Part shown: one piece after another, positions 48,043 through 58,430 of the stretch
How the letters are laid out: every line of letters begins with the position of its first letter
How positions within the stretch are numbered: the stretch's first letter is position 1
Assembly (NCBI GenBank): GCA_050253415.1
Contig: JBFWJC010000002.1
Location: forward strand, 576,725 to 640,724
Direction of reading: 5' to 3'
DNA length: 64,000 nucleotides
DNA from: Pedobacter sp.
Lineage (GTDB): Bacteria; Desulfobacterota; Desulfuromonadia; Desulfuromonadales; Syntrophotaleaceae
Made by a program: the position numbers and the translations under genes
The notes under the pieces: generated by a model
Seen by the model: only the letters and a program-made list of their open reading frames with translations
What the model was told of the DNA's origin: nothing
The model's database searches: none

Positions 48043-50826
48043 ATGGACTACAAACAGACCCTTAATCTGCCTGAAACCGAATTTCCCATGCGTGGCAACC
48101 TGCCCAAACGGGAACCTGAAATTCTTGAACGGTGGCAGAGCATGGGGCTTTATGAAAAGATGGAACAGGCCGGTCGCAATCGGCCCAATTTTACGTTGCA
48201 TGACGGCCCCCCTTATGCCAATGGTCACATTCATATCGGTCATGCCCTGAATAAAATCCTCAAGGACATTGTCCTTAAAAGCCGTCGTATGCAGGGTTTT
48301 TACGCGCCCTATGTGCCGGGCTGGGATTGCCACGGACTGCCCATCGAGCTGATGGTGGACAAGCAACTCGGCAAAAAGAAGCGGGATATGACCAAGGTCG
48401 AGATCCGCAAGGAGTGTCGCTCCTATGCCGAGCAGTGGGTCAAGATTCAAAGTGAGGAATTCGAACGCCTGGGCGTTTTTGGTGAGTGGGACAATCCGTA
48501 CCTGACCATGACCCATCATTACGAGGCGGTAACTGCCCGTGAATTGGCGCGATTCGTGGAAAAGGGCGGCCTTTTCAAGGGGAAAAAACCGATTCACTGG
48601 TGTTCCTCCTGTGTCACAGCTCTGGCCGAAGCCGAAGTGGAATACGCCGATCATACGTCGCCTTCCATCTACGTGAAATTTCCTTATGCTGACGATCTGC
48701 CGGCGGAATTGTCTGATCTCGCCGGGCGTAAGCTGTCGTTCGTCATCTGGACCACCACTCCCTGGACTATCCCCGCCAACCTCGGGATCTGTCTCAATCC
48801 GACCCTGCCTTACGCGATTGTCGAAACCGGCGACGAGTTGCTGGTGCTGGCTGAAGGTCTGGTGCAGACGGTTATGCAGCAACTCGGAGTGGACGATTTC
48901 CGGGTAATCAGGACCTTTGAGGCCCCGATTTTTGAGCGCAAGAACTGCCGTCATCCGTTTTACGACCGTCCCTCACTGCTCATTCTTGGTGACCATGTCA
49001 CTCTGGAAGCCGGTACCGGGTGCGTACATACCGCACCGGGGCATGGCCAGGATGACTATGTCGTTGGTCTGGCCTACGGGCTTGAGGTGTATAATCCGGT
49101 CGACGACTATGGTCGCTATTACGATAACGTTGAATTTTTCGGCCGCATGAAAATCAGCGACGCCAACGTCGCTGTGAATGCCAAGCTTACGGAAGTCGGC
49201 GCCCTGCTCAAGGAAGGCAAGGTCAGCCACAGCTATCCCCATTGCTGGCGTTGCAAAAAACCGATTATTTTCCGCGCCACCGAGCAATGGTTCATCTCCA
49301 TGGAAGCCAACGGCCTGCGCGACAAGGCCCTTAAGCATATCAACGATGTGACCTGGATTCCCCGCTGGGGCCGCGACCGCATCTACAATATGGTTGAAAA
49401 CCGCCCCGATTGGTGTATCAGCCGCCAGCGCAGCTGGGGGGTCCCCATCACGATCTTCTACTGTGCCAAGTGTGGCGAAGCGTTGGAAGACAGCAAAGTC
49501 ATGCATCATGTTGCCGATCTGTTCGAAGAAGGCAGCAGTGATCTCTGGTTCGAGAAAGAGGCGCGGGAACTGATGCCGGCAGGCACCACCTGTCCGTCCT
49601 GCGGCCATGACGACTTTACCAAAGAGACCGACATCCTCGACGTATGGTTCGATTCCGGCGTATCCCATGCAGCTGTGTTGGACCATCGCGATTATCTCAA
49701 CTGGCCGGCGGACCTTTACATGGAGGGCAGCGATCAGCATCGCGGCTGGTTCCATTCGAGCCTGCTGGCTTCCGTCGGGACCCGCGAGTTGACCCCCTAC
49801 AAGTCCGTGTTGACCCACGGTTTTGTGGTCGACGGCAAGGGTAAAAAAATGTCCAAGTCGGTGGGCAACGTCGTTGCTCCCGAAGAAGTCATCAAAAAGT
49901 ATGGCGCCGAGATTCTGCGTCTGTGGGTAGCCGCCCAGGATTACCGCGACGACATCCGCATCAGTGACGAGATTCTGCAACGGCTTTCCGATGCCTATCG
50001 GCGGATCCGCAATACGGCCCGCTATATCATCGGCAATCTGAGCGGTTTTGAGCCGTCCAGGGATATGGTGGCTGACGATCAGTTGATGGAACTGGACCGC
50101 TGGGCCCTCGCCAAGCTTGAGGATCTCGCCGGTCGGGTGGAAAAGGCCTATGAAAATTATGAATTTCACGTCATTTATCATGCCGTGCATAATTTCTGCA
50201 GCGTCGAGATGAGTGCTTTTTATCTGGATGTGCTCAAGGATCGTCTTTACGCCTCCGGAGCCACCAGCATCGAGCGCCGTAGCGCCCAGACCGCCATGTA
50301 CCGGATTCTCGATTGCGTAACGCGGTTGATTGCGCCGGTATTGTCGTTCACCGCCGATGAGATCTGGGATTTCATGCCTGGAGAACGTCCTGAGAATGTG
50401 CATCTGGCCGACTTCGTCCGGTTTGACACAAGTTTCCGTGACGCTGCGTTGGAAGAGCGTTACGATCGTCTGCTTGTTATCCGTTCGGATGTCTCCAAGG
50501 CCCTGGAAGTGGCGCGCAATGACAAGGTAGTCGGACACTCTCTCGATGCCCGCGTGTTGCTCAGCGCCCCTGCCGGTGCAACCCGTGATCTGCTCGAAAA
50601 ATATCGCGAGCAACTCGCCTCCATGTTTATTGTTTCCCAGGTTGAACTGGTTGATGATCTGCCGGATGCGATGCAGGGCGAGAACCAGACCGAGCTCAAA
50701 GTACGTGTCGAGAAAGCCCAGGGCGATAAATGCGAGCGCTGTTGGAATTATGCTACCTCCGTTGGACAGAACGCTGAACATCCCGCGCTTTGCCAACGGT
50801 GCGTAAAGGTGCTTGTCGGCCAATGA
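48043..50826 (+). CDS. ileS: Isoleucine--tRNA ligase (type 1)
   Basis: [28 protein letters not shown]-terminal CERCW..CQRC Zn finger. Confidence 0.99.
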   Translation: MDYKQTLNLPETEFPMRGNLPKREPEILERWQSMGLYEKMEQAGRNRPNFTLHDGPPYANGHIHIGHALNKILKDIVLKSRRMQGFYAPYVPGWDCHGLPIELMVDKQLGKKKRDMTKVEIRKECRSYAEQWVKIQSEEFERLGVFGEWDNPYLTMTHHYEAVTARELARFVEKGGLFKGKKPIHWCSSCVTALAEAEVEYADHTSPSIYVKFPYADDLPAELSDLAGRKLSFVIWTTTPWTIPANLGICLNPTLPYAIVETGDELLVLAEGLVQTVMQQLGVDDFRVIRTFEAPIFERKNCRHPFYDRPSLLILGDHVTLEAGTGCVHTAPGHGQDDYVVGLAYGLEVYNPVDDYGRYYDNVEFFGRMKISDANVAVNAKLTEVGALLKEGKVSHSYPHCWRCKKPIIFRATEQWFISMEANGLRDKALKHINDVTWIPRWGRDRIYNMVENRPDWCISRQRSWGVPITIFYCAKCGEALEDSKVMHHVADLFEEGSSDLWFEKEARELMPAGTTCPSCGHDDFTKETDILDVWFDSGVSHAAVLDHRDYLNWPADLYMEGSDQHRGWFHSSLLASVGTRELTPYKSVLTHGFVVDGKGKKMSKSVGNVVAPEEVIKKYGAEILRLWVAAQDYRDDIRISDEILQRLSDAYRRIRNTARYIIGNLSGFEPSRDMVADDQLMELDRWALAKLEDLAGRVEKAYENYEFHVIYHAVHNFCSVEMSAFYLDVLKDRLYASGATSIERRSAQTAMYRILDCVTRLIAPVLSFTADEIWDFMPGERPENVHLADFVRFDTSFRDAALEERYDRLLVIRSDVSKALEVARNDKVVGHSLDARVLLSAPAGATRDLLEKYREQLASMFIVSQVELVDDLPDAMQGENQTELKVRVEKAQGDKCERCWNYATSVGQNAEHPALCQRCVKVLVGQ

Positions 50827-51308
50827 AAGGGACCCGCTACAATATGCTGCTGCTGATTGCCAGCCTGGTCGTAGTGGTCGATCAGGTTACCAAGTGGCTC
50901 ATCGTGCAAAACTTTCGGATGCACGAGGCGCTACCGGTAATCCCGAACTTTTTCGATCTGGTGTATGTACGCAATAAGGGAGCCGCTTTTGGAATTCTTG
51001 CGGATACCGGGTTTCGCGTACCCTTTTTGCTTACCACCACCATGGTCGCCGTGGTTTTTCTGGTGTGGTTTTATCGGCAGCTTAAGCCCGAGCAGGTCTT
51101 GTCTCGCTCGGCTCTGAGTATGGTCCTTGGTGGGGCCGTCGGTAATCTCATCGACCGGTTGCGACTGGGAGAAGTCATCGATTTTCTCGATGTTCACTGG
51201 TTTCAGCATCACTGGCCCGCATTTAACGTTGCCGATTCGGCCATTTGCGTCGGGGTGGGGATGTTGCTGCTGGCCCAGTGGCGGGACAGTCGGCAGTCTA
51301 AAGGCTAG
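50823..51308 (+). CDS. lspA: Lipoprotein signal peptidase II
   Basis: [30 protein letters not shown]; overlaps the ileS stop codon. Confidence 0.97.
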   Translation: MKGTRYNMLLLIASLVVVVDQVTKWLIVQNFRMHEALPVIPNFFDLVYVRNKGAAFGILADTGFRVPFLLTTTMVAVVFLVWFYRQLKPEQVLSRSALSMVLGGAVGNLIDRLRLGEVIDFLDVHWFQHHWPAFNVADSAICVGVGMLLLAQWRDSRQSKG

Positions 51309-51437
51309 AAATTGCTGATGGAATAAATCATTAAGCCGGCGCGATCTGTTTATCGTGCCGGCTTTTGTTTTATTTGATCTTGACCGAAAAACAAGGTCTT
51401 GTTGTCTCGTGCTCGGAGCCTTGGATGGGCCTTCCCA

Positions 51438-51528
51438 ACCACGAAGAGCGCGAAGGAAGAGGATAAAGGAAAAATTCAACCATCAAAAATTGAAATGTAT
51501 TCTTCGTGCCCTTCGTGTCCTTCGTGGT
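51438..51528. repeat. Inverted-repeat element built from CACGAAGNN / NNCTTCGTG nonamers
   Basis: ACCACGAAGAGCGCGAAGG ... TCTTCGTGCCCTTCGTGTCCTTCGTGGT. Confidence 0.8.
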
Positions 51529-51550
51529 AAATAACACTAAGGACGACCTC

Positions 51551-52477
51551 TTATTTCCGGAGGGCCAGCCACCACGCCAGCACTATAAACGAAGCCGCAA
51601 ATATCCCCAGCCAACGATTCAGTAGCGGGCCGGGCCGCGGCAGGGGGGCAAGCAGCCAGCCGGCGGCGAGCCCGCATAAAAAACCGAACAGATGGGCCAG
51701 CAGGTCGGTATGTTCGCCTCCGGTACCCAACAGGGCCAGCAAGGCGAGGCTGGCCGCCAGTGGCAGGGTCCACCTTTTTGTGAGCCGCAAACGATGGCGT
51801 CGGGCATTCAGTGCAGCGAGGATGCCGATAGCGCCAAAAACGGCGGTCGAGGCACCCACCGATTGATGGGACGGGGCCTGGATCAAGCAGTTAAGGTAAT
51901 TGCCGGATACTCCAGCAAGGAGAAGCAGGCACCAACCGGTCCCCGATCCAACCTCCCGGCACAGGCGGATGATGAATACCCCACCGATAAGGATATTGCC
52001 TGCAAGGTGCAAAGCATCGCTGTGCAGCGTCAGGGCGGTAGCAAGGCGCCACCATTGACCGCTGCGGATGCTGGCGACGTGGGCGTTGCCCGATGCGAGC
52101 CAAGGCAGAAATTTAATGTCGAGGGAAGGGTAGTGCAGGCGGGTAATATTGTGAAACAGCGCCAGAGCCGCCAGAACGCAGGCACTGACCCAGGCGTTGT
52201 CCAAGCTGGTTGCGGTTGGAGGGGACGGTGGCCAATGGCGATTTTCTTCCGTATATAATCGCAACGCGTACAGCGCCCGCTGCAGATCCGGGGCCGGGAC
52301 CGCCAGGTGCCAACCGTCTTCAACCTGCTGCAGGCGAGTGTCGATACCGCACGACGTCAACACCAGGTGCCAGTCCCGGGCCTGAACGGTGGTCAGGGGC
52401 GGGGACATATCCGGGTCGACACTGGTGGGGTCGAGGATCTGCCACAGGGTCTGGTCATGCTCGGTTATCGGGGGCAT
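51551..52477 (-). CDS. Rhomboid-family intramembrane serine protease with N-terminal soluble domain
   Basis: WWRL, HSDALHLAGN, GASTAVFG catalytic Ser, AHLFG catalytic His. Confidence 0.9.
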   Translation of the reverse strand: MPPITEHDQTLWQILDPTSVDPDMSPPLTTVQARDWHLVLTSCGIDTRLQQVEDGWHLAVPAPDLQRALYALRLYTEENRHWPPSPPTATSLDNAWVSACVLAALALFHNITRLHYPSLDIKFLPWLASGNAHVASIRSGQWWRLATALTLHSDALHLAGNILIGGVFIIRLCREVGSGTGWCLLLLAGVSGNYLNCLIQAPSHQSVGASTAVFGAIGILAALNARRHRLRLTKRWTLPLAASLALLALLGTGGEHTDLLAHLFGFLCGLAAGWLLAPLPRPGPLLNRWLGIFAASFIVLAWWLALRK

Positions 52478-52555
52478 GGTGGTAGCGTCTCGATATCGAA
52501 TTTATCGGATTATACCCGCGGCTCCGGTGCGTATATACGGGGCACCATTTGCCTT

Positions 52556-52686
52556 TGATCACTATGATCACTATGATCACGAGGGACACGAAGAAAGACG
52601 AGAGCCAAGATTATGGGTCTCAACAAAACCACATCGAAGATTTGTCCTTAAGCATGTCTTCGTGTTCTTCGTGCTCTTCGTGGTGA
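52556..52686. repeat. Second nonamer-based inverted-repeat element
   Basis: (TGATCACTA)2 TGATCACGA GGGACACGAAG ... TCTTCGTGTTCTTCGTGCTCTTCGTGGTGA. Confidence 0.8.
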
Positions 52687-52733
52687 GATAGCCCTTTTTC
52701 TCTTTTATGGCAACACACCATGCGAGGCAAGTC

Positions 52734-52967
52734 ATGCTGGAAAAACACTATTTTGTCGTATCCCGTAAAGACATCAGTACCATGCGCTTTATCCTGGAAA
52801 GCTATGATGGGTTGATGTTCATGCGTACCATCGATGCTGCGGCCGGAGTGATCGAAGTTGCTTATCATCCATCGCGCCGTCAGGATGCTGAGGATCTTCT
52901 GCAAGCATTGATCGATGAGGTCGGGCTGACACCTACCGCTCCCCCGGAAAACCTCGATACTTTATAG
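52734..52967 (+). CDS. DUF4911-like small protein
   Basis: MRFILESYDGL..RTID motif. Confidence 0.75.
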   Translation: MLEKHYFVVSRKDISTMRFILESYDGLMFMRTIDAAAGVIEVAYHPSRRQDAEDLLQALIDEVGLTPTAPPENLDTL

Positions 52968-53025
52968 CCTGAAATGAGTGCGTAGCACCACAGCGGTCTT
53001 CCTGGCCTTGTATGGTTTTGGCCGG

Positions 53026-54165
53026 TCAGGCTATTGACTCCGGCATGGCTGCCTGAACATTGCTTTGTGCGTCATTTTGTCCACGCAGGTAGATCGAACG
53101 ACTCGGAAAAGCGACCTCCAGGCCGAGAGCTTCGAGGATATCCATGATTTTCAGACAGACATCTTCGCGGGCATCGAGGTATTCCCCCCATACCGTCGTG
53201 GTGGTGAAGCAATAAACCATGATGTCCAGAGATGACGGACCATAATCGGTGAAGTTGACCAGAAAGAAATCCTGCTCGATGGCCGGGTGGTTTTTCAGCA
53301 TCTCCCTGATCTGCGAGACGGCCTGGCGCATTTGTGCCGGGCTGGTTTCATAGGTAACCCCCACGTTGAGTTTGATGCGCCGTTTGGGCATGCGGCTGAA
53401 ATTGTCGATGGCCAGGTTGGCGATGATGTTGTTGGGCACAGTGATCAGGGTCTTGGCGAAGGTGCGGATTTTGGTGGAGCGAAAACCGACCTCTTCGACC
53501 ACCCCTTCCATGTCGCCGGCCTTGACCCAGTCACCGAGGTGAAACGGCCGGTCGAGGATGATCATGAACGAACCGAAGATATTCGACAGGGTGTCCTTGG
53601 CCGCCAGGGCTACGGCGAGACCGCCGATGCCCAGCGAGGCCAGCAATCCGGAGATGGAATAGCCGAGGTTCTGGATGGTCATGATCACAGCCAGAAAGAT
53701 AATGAAAGCCCGCAGGCTCTTGCGGATAAAAGGCAGCAGATGGTCGTCGAGGGTCGATTCGGTTTTGCTGACCCAGCCGGCCAAAAAGATATCCAGCAGG
53801 TCGACCAGATTGAACAGGGCCCAGCCGATATCGAAAGTCACAAGCACCTTGAGGATGGCGTAAGCGCCGCGTCGCAGGTTGACCGGATCGGTCGGCAGCC
53901 GCAGGACCTGCACAGCAATAAACAGCCCGATAATCACTACCAGCAGTTCTGCCGGCTTGCGGATGCAATTCAAAAAGTCGTCGTCATAGCGGCTTTTGGT
54001 GCGGGCTGCCAGGGGGTAGATCACGCTGACAAAGATATGCCCGAGAATCTTTTTTAAAATAAGGGCCGTGATGAGGATGGCAAAAGTGGCTGCAAAACGG
54101 CCGGCACTGATGCCGAGAAAGGTTTCCTTGAATATGACATCCAGAGTGGAAAAAAAATCGTTCAT
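53026..54165 (-). CDS. MscS-family mechanosensitive channel (extended N-terminal TM region)
   Basis: LASLGIGGLAVALAAKDTLSN, DRPFHLGDW, VEEVGFRSTKIRT, AFPSRS. Confidence 0.92.
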   Translation of the reverse strand: MNDFFSTLDVIFKETFLGISAGRFAATFAILITALILKKILGHIFVSVIYPLAARTKSRYDDDFLNCIRKPAELLVVIIGLFIAVQVLRLPTDPVNLRRGAYAILKVLVTFDIGWALFNLVDLLDIFLAGWVSKTESTLDDHLLPFIRKSLRAFIIFLAVIMTIQNLGYSISGLLASLGIGGLAVALAAKDTLSNIFGSFMIILDRPFHLGDWVKAGDMEGVVEEVGFRSTKIRTFAKTLITVPNNIIANLAIDNFSRMPKRRIKLNVGVTYETSPAQMRQAVSQIREMLKNHPAIEQDFFLVNFTDYGPSSLDIMVYCFTTTTVWGEYLDAREDVCLKIMDILEALGLEVAFPSRSIYLRGQNDAQSNVQAAMPESIA

Positions 54166-54401
54166 GCAGATATCTCCTTGTGATTTCAATGCCTGATACT
54201 TAACAGATGGTGTTTTTGATTGCAAGTGCATGCGCTCAAAGGATGCGCGGATAAGGAATCTCTGCTACATTGAGAAGATTAAATACTGGTGATTGGTTGA
54301 GAGTGATGAATGATCAGTCATGACCTAGCCAAATGCTGGACCTTAAACACTATTCCGCATCGGTCCCGGTCTTAAGAGAAATTTTTATTAAGGAGCCCAT
54401 C

Positions 54402-56345
54402 ATGCCGAGCAATGTCACCCGTAAAGTTCTGGAAAACCACCTTGTCGAAGGTCAGTTGGTGCCCGGCGAGGAGATTGCCATCCGCATCGATCATACCCTG
54501 TTGCAGGACGCTACCGGTACCATGGCCATGCTGGAGTTCGAGGCTTTGGGCCTGGAACGGGTGAAGGTGGATCTGGCGGCGCAATATGTGGACCACAACC
54601 TGTTGCAGACAGATTTTAAAAATGCCGATGATCACCGTTATCTGCAGTCGGCCTGCGCCCGCTATGGTATTCATTTCAGCCGCCCCGGCAACGGCATTTC
54701 CCATCAGGTGCACCTGGAGAATTTCGGGCGTCCGGGACTGACCCTGCTCGGTGCCGACAGTCATACGCCTGCCGCCGCCGGTTTGTCGATGCTGGCCATG
54801 GGAGCCGGCGGCCTGGACGTGGCACTGGCCATGGCGGGGCGCCCTTACTACCTGCCCTGCCCCCAGGTGTTGGGTGTGATGCTGCTCGGCAGACTCCCCG
54901 ATTGGGTCAGCGCCAAGGACGTGGTCCTCGAGATGTTGCGTCGTTACGACGTCAAGGGGTGTCTGGGCAAAGTGGTCGAATATTACGGTCCGGGGGTTGC
55001 TACCCTGAGCGTGGAAGATCGCGCCGTCATCGGCAATATGGGCACCGAACTCGGCGCCACCAGTTCCATCTTCCCTTCCGATGAACAGACCCGTGCTTAT
55101 CTGCAGGCCCAAGGGCGTGGAGACCACTGGCAACCGCTGGTTGCCGATGCGGATGCCTCCTACGACGAATACGATGAAATCGATCTGGAAACCCTTGAGC
55201 CGCTCATCGCCTGTCCGTCGTCGCCGGGCAATGTCGTGACGGTGCGCGAGGTTGCCGGTATCCCTGTCGATCAGGTCATCATCGGTTCCAGTGCCAACAG
55301 CGGGCTCAAGGACCTGCTGCGGGTGGTACGTATTGTCGAAGGACGCCACAGTGCCGCCAATACCGATTTTCATATCAATCCTGGCAGCCGCCAGGTGTTG
55401 GAAAACGTGGCCGAGGCCGGCGGCATCCTGCCGCTGATGATGGCCGGAGCCAAGATACATCAATCCGGCTGCCTTGGCTGCATCGGCATGGGGCAGGCTC
55501 CGGGTACCGGTCAGGTAAGTCTGCGCACCTTTCCACGCAACTTTCCCGGTCGCTCCGGTACCAAGGATGACCAGGTCTATCTCTGCTCACCGGAAACCGC
55601 CGCAGCGGCGGCGTTGCGCGGGAGCATCACCGATCCGCGTGATCTCGCAAGCGACATGGCCTATCCCTCGATCGAAGAGCCTGCACAGCGGGTGGTCGAT
55701 CGCTCCTCCATGGTCTTTCCCTGTGAGGAGGGCTTCGCCACCGAAGTGCTGCGGGGCCCGAATATCAAACCTTTTCCGCAGCTGGATGCGTTGCCTGAAA
55801 ACCTGCGTGTCACTGTAGCGATCAAGGTCGGTGACAATATCTCCACCGATGGCATTATGCCCGCCGGTAACAAGGTGCTGCCGCTGCGTTCCAATATCGA
55901 AGCGATCAGCGAATATGTCTTTTATCAGCTCGACCCCGGCTTTCACACCCGCTGTCGTCAGCTGGTCGATGTGGCGGTGATCGGCGGCGATAACTACGGT
56001 CAGGGGTCCAGTCGCGAACATGCGGCTCTGGCGCCGCGTTACCTTGGCGTGCGACTCAAACTGGCCAAGAGCTTCGCCCGTATTCACAAGGCCAACCTGT
56101 GTAATTTCGGCATTTTGCCCCTGACCTTTAAAGATCCTGCTGATTATGAACGGTTGGCGGAAGGAACGGTTCTCGAAATCGACGCGGTTCGCCAACGTCT
56201 TGAACGGGGCGATACGGAACTCCCCGTGCTTGTGAACGGCGATAAAATCATGGCGCTTCTGTCGGTGTCGGCACGTCAACGAACCAGTCTTCTGGCAGGC
56301 GGAACCTTGAATCAGGTACGACGGGAACTGGCGCGTCTTGGATAA
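54402..56345 (+). CDS. Aconitate hydratase-like protein (short single-chain AcnA type)
   Basis: QDATG, VDHN, GADSHT, GCLGCIG, RNFPGR, NYGQGSSREHAA; AAGGAG RBS. Confidence 0.88.
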   Translation: MPSNVTRKVLENHLVEGQLVPGEEIAIRIDHTLLQDATGTMAMLEFEALGLERVKVDLAAQYVDHNLLQTDFKNADDHRYLQSACARYGIHFSRPGNGISHQVHLENFGRPGLTLLGADSHTPAAAGLSMLAMGAGGLDVALAMAGRPYYLPCPQVLGVMLLGRLPDWVSAKDVVLEMLRRYDVKGCLGKVVEYYGPGVATLSVEDRAVIGNMGTELGATSSIFPSDEQTRAYLQAQGRGDHWQPLVADADASYDEYDEIDLETLEPLIACPSSPGNVVTVREVAGIPVDQVIIGSSANSGLKDLLRVVRIVEGRHSAANTDFHINPGSRQVLENVAEAGGILPLMMAGAKIHQSGCLGCIGMGQAPGTGQVSLRTFPRNFPGRSGTKDDQVYLCSPETAAAAALRGSITDPRDLASDMAYPSIEEPAQRVVDRSSMVFPCEEGFATEVLRGPNIKPFPQLDALPENLRVTVAIKVGDNISTDGIMPAGNKVLPLRSNIEAISEYVFYQLDPGFHTRCRQLVDVAVIGGDNYGQGSSREHAALAPRYLGVRLKLAKSFARIHKANLCNFGILPLTFKDPADYERLAEGTVLEIDAVRQRLERGDTELPVLVNGDKIMALLSVSARQRTSLLAGGTLNQVRRELARLG

Positions 56346-56429
56346 ATAGGCTTGGCTGTTGTTGATGATTCTGGTAGGAATGGATTATCGCTATGCTGTC
56401 TGATAATTATCGGTGGGAAGAGGGCCTGG

Positions 56430-57926
56430 ATGCAACGATTAACCCTTAAAGCAAAACTTATATTCTCGTTAAGCTTCATCCTGGTATTTGGCCTTGTCCT
56501 GACCAACGTTAACAATTATCGGGTTTCTGCCCGCTCGGTGCGTAAAAATATCGTCGAACATGCCCTGCCTCTGACGCGCGACAATATCTATTCGGAGATC
56601 CAATCCGATCTGATGCGTCCTATTTTTATCTCGTCGTTGATGGCCAATGATACCTTTCTCAAGGATTGGGCCCTCGGCGGTGAACAGGACGTGGATAAAA
56701 TCACCCGTTATCTGCAGGAAATCGAGGGAAAATACGGATTTTTCTCCACCTTTTTCGTTTCGGAAAAGACCGGCTATTACTATCATTTTAACGGTATTCT
56801 TAAAAAACTCAGTGACGATGATCCCCACGACGTGTGGTACACCGATTTCAAGGCTATGGGGAAACCTTATGACCTTACCGTCGATACCAACGAGGCTGCA
56901 GAAAACGGCCTGACTATTTTCATCAATCACCGCCTTAACGATTACAACGGCAACCTGCTTGGCGTGACCGGCGTGGGACTGAATATGGAAATGGTGGCCA
57001 GCCTGCTTACATCCTACCGGCAGCGCTACGGGCGGGATATTTACCTGGTTGACCACCACGGCCTTATCAAGGTGCATAAGGATCAGTCTCTGGTGGACCA
57101 TGCCAATATAGCCGACCAGGAAGGTTTGCGGGCCATTGCTCGGCAGGCCCTGGTGGTCAAACCGGAAACCGACTGTTTTGATTTTTGGCGTGGCGGGCGG
57201 CACATTCTCCTGACCTCCCGTTATATCCCCGAGTTTGAATGGTTTTTATTCGTCGAGCAGGACGAGACGCAGGCCATCGCCGGTATTCGTCGCAATTTTT
57301 ATCAAAACCTCCTATTCGATCTGGTGATCATCGCTGCAATCCTCGGGATTACCATTTATACGGTCAACCGTTTTCAGAACAAGCTTGAGGAGATGGCCAC
57401 CACCGACAAATTGACCGGAGCTTGTAACCGGCGGGAATTCGATCGCTGTTTCGATTTGGCCTGCTATCTCAGCAAGCGGCAGAACGTGCCTTTTTCAGTC
57501 ATTTTATTCGATATTGATGATTTCAAAACCATCAACGATGAACTGGGGCATATGGCCGGGGACCAGGTTCTCAAACAGATAGTCAATCTTGCCGAAGGAC
57601 ATATCCGGCAGAACGACCTGGTTGTGCGCTGGGGGGGGGACGAGTTTGTCCTGCTGGTTCACAACGACCTGTCCCAGGCCTGGCAGGTGGCGGAGCGTTT
57701 GCGCGAAGAGATTCGCAAGCGGGACCTGTTGGTCGGATTTGATGGCGGCTCTGGCAAAGGGTCGGTAACCATCAGTTGCGGAGTGGTGATGTATGACGAC
57801 GGCGAGACCCTTGACCATCTTATGATGCGGGTCGATGCCGCTCTTTACGAGTCCAAAAAACGGGGCAAGGATCAGACCGTGACGCTTCCTGCCATTTCTG
57901 TAAAACAGGCATCGGGGGCTACCTGA
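56430..57926 (+). CDS. Sensor diguanylate cyclase (periplasmic Cache-like domain plus GGDEF)
   Basis: Two TMs, DKLTG, DIDDFKTINDELGH, RQND I-site, RWGGDEF. Confidence 0.93.
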   Translation: MQRLTLKAKLIFSLSFILVFGLVLTNVNNYRVSARSVRKNIVEHALPLTRDNIYSEIQSDLMRPIFISSLMANDTFLKDWALGGEQDVDKITRYLQEIEGKYGFFSTFFVSEKTGYYYHFNGILKKLSDDDPHDVWYTDFKAMGKPYDLTVDTNEAAENGLTIFINHRLNDYNGNLLGVTGVGLNMEMVASLLTSYRQRYGRDIYLVDHHGLIKVHKDQSLVDHANIADQEGLRAIARQALVVKPETDCFDFWRGGRHILLTSRYIPEFEWFLFVEQDETQAIAGIRRNFYQNLLFDLVIIAAILGITIYTVNRFQNKLEEMATTDKLTGACNRREFDRCFDLACYLSKRQNVPFSVILFDIDDFKTINDELGHMAGDQVLKQIVNLAEGHIRQNDLVVRWGGDEFVLLVHNDLSQAWQVAERLREEIRKRDLLVGFDGGSGKGSVTISCGVVMYDDGETLDHLMMRVDAALYESKKRGKDQTVTLPAISVKQASGAT

Positions 57927-58302
57927 AACCTTTCTGGCGAGGTTTCCGCCCCGTCAGTTTACCCGCTTTAGGTTTTTTGGATGGCAGGGTGAGGGTAAAA
58001 TCAATACCCCGCTGAACCCAGGTGGCCAGGGCGTTGTCCTCGGCGGTACCGGTTATTTCGATCTGTACCCAGCCGGTCATGGGCCGGCCGGTAAAATCGA
58101 AAACCTGCGTATGTGGCAGGTGCAGGGCTTCGGCATATTTTCGGGGCCCGACCCTTACGATCAGCAGATCGTGGACGATGGCGCAGGCCATGTGGCCGCG
58201 CAACATGAAACAGATCCCGCCGAACATCTTGCGTTCACTATAACCGTCAAGGGGCAACAACAGGGCGCGAACCCTGTCGGCCAGGTGCGTGTTGTATGGC
58301 AT
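57919..58302 (-). CDS. TfoX/Sxy N-terminal domain protein
   Basis: ERKMFGGICFM, FTGRPMTGWV. Confidence 0.85.
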   Translation of the reverse strand: MPYNTHLADRVRALLLPLDGYSERKMFGGICFMLRGHMACAIVHDLLIVRVGPRKYAEALHLPHTQVFDFTGRPMTGWVQIEITGTAEDNALATWVQRGIDFTLTLPSKKPKAGKLTGRKPRQKGFR

Positions 58303-58430
58303 GGTTTCCAACCTGTCCCGTTAATAGGTTTCTTCAGAAGATTACCCGATCCGCCGTATCCTGTATGTTTCTTTCTCCCTTTGAGCATAGCATCTCCTCC
58401 TTAAAATATCTGGATCTCCCAGCCAGAGGT

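Noticed and set aside
48973..50823. 616-aa minus-strand ORF
   Set aside because: Antisense shadow of ileS with no recognisable motifs, as expected from codon bias in GC-rich genes
54372..55463. 363-aa minus-strand ORF
   Set aside because: Shadow of the aconitase-like gene
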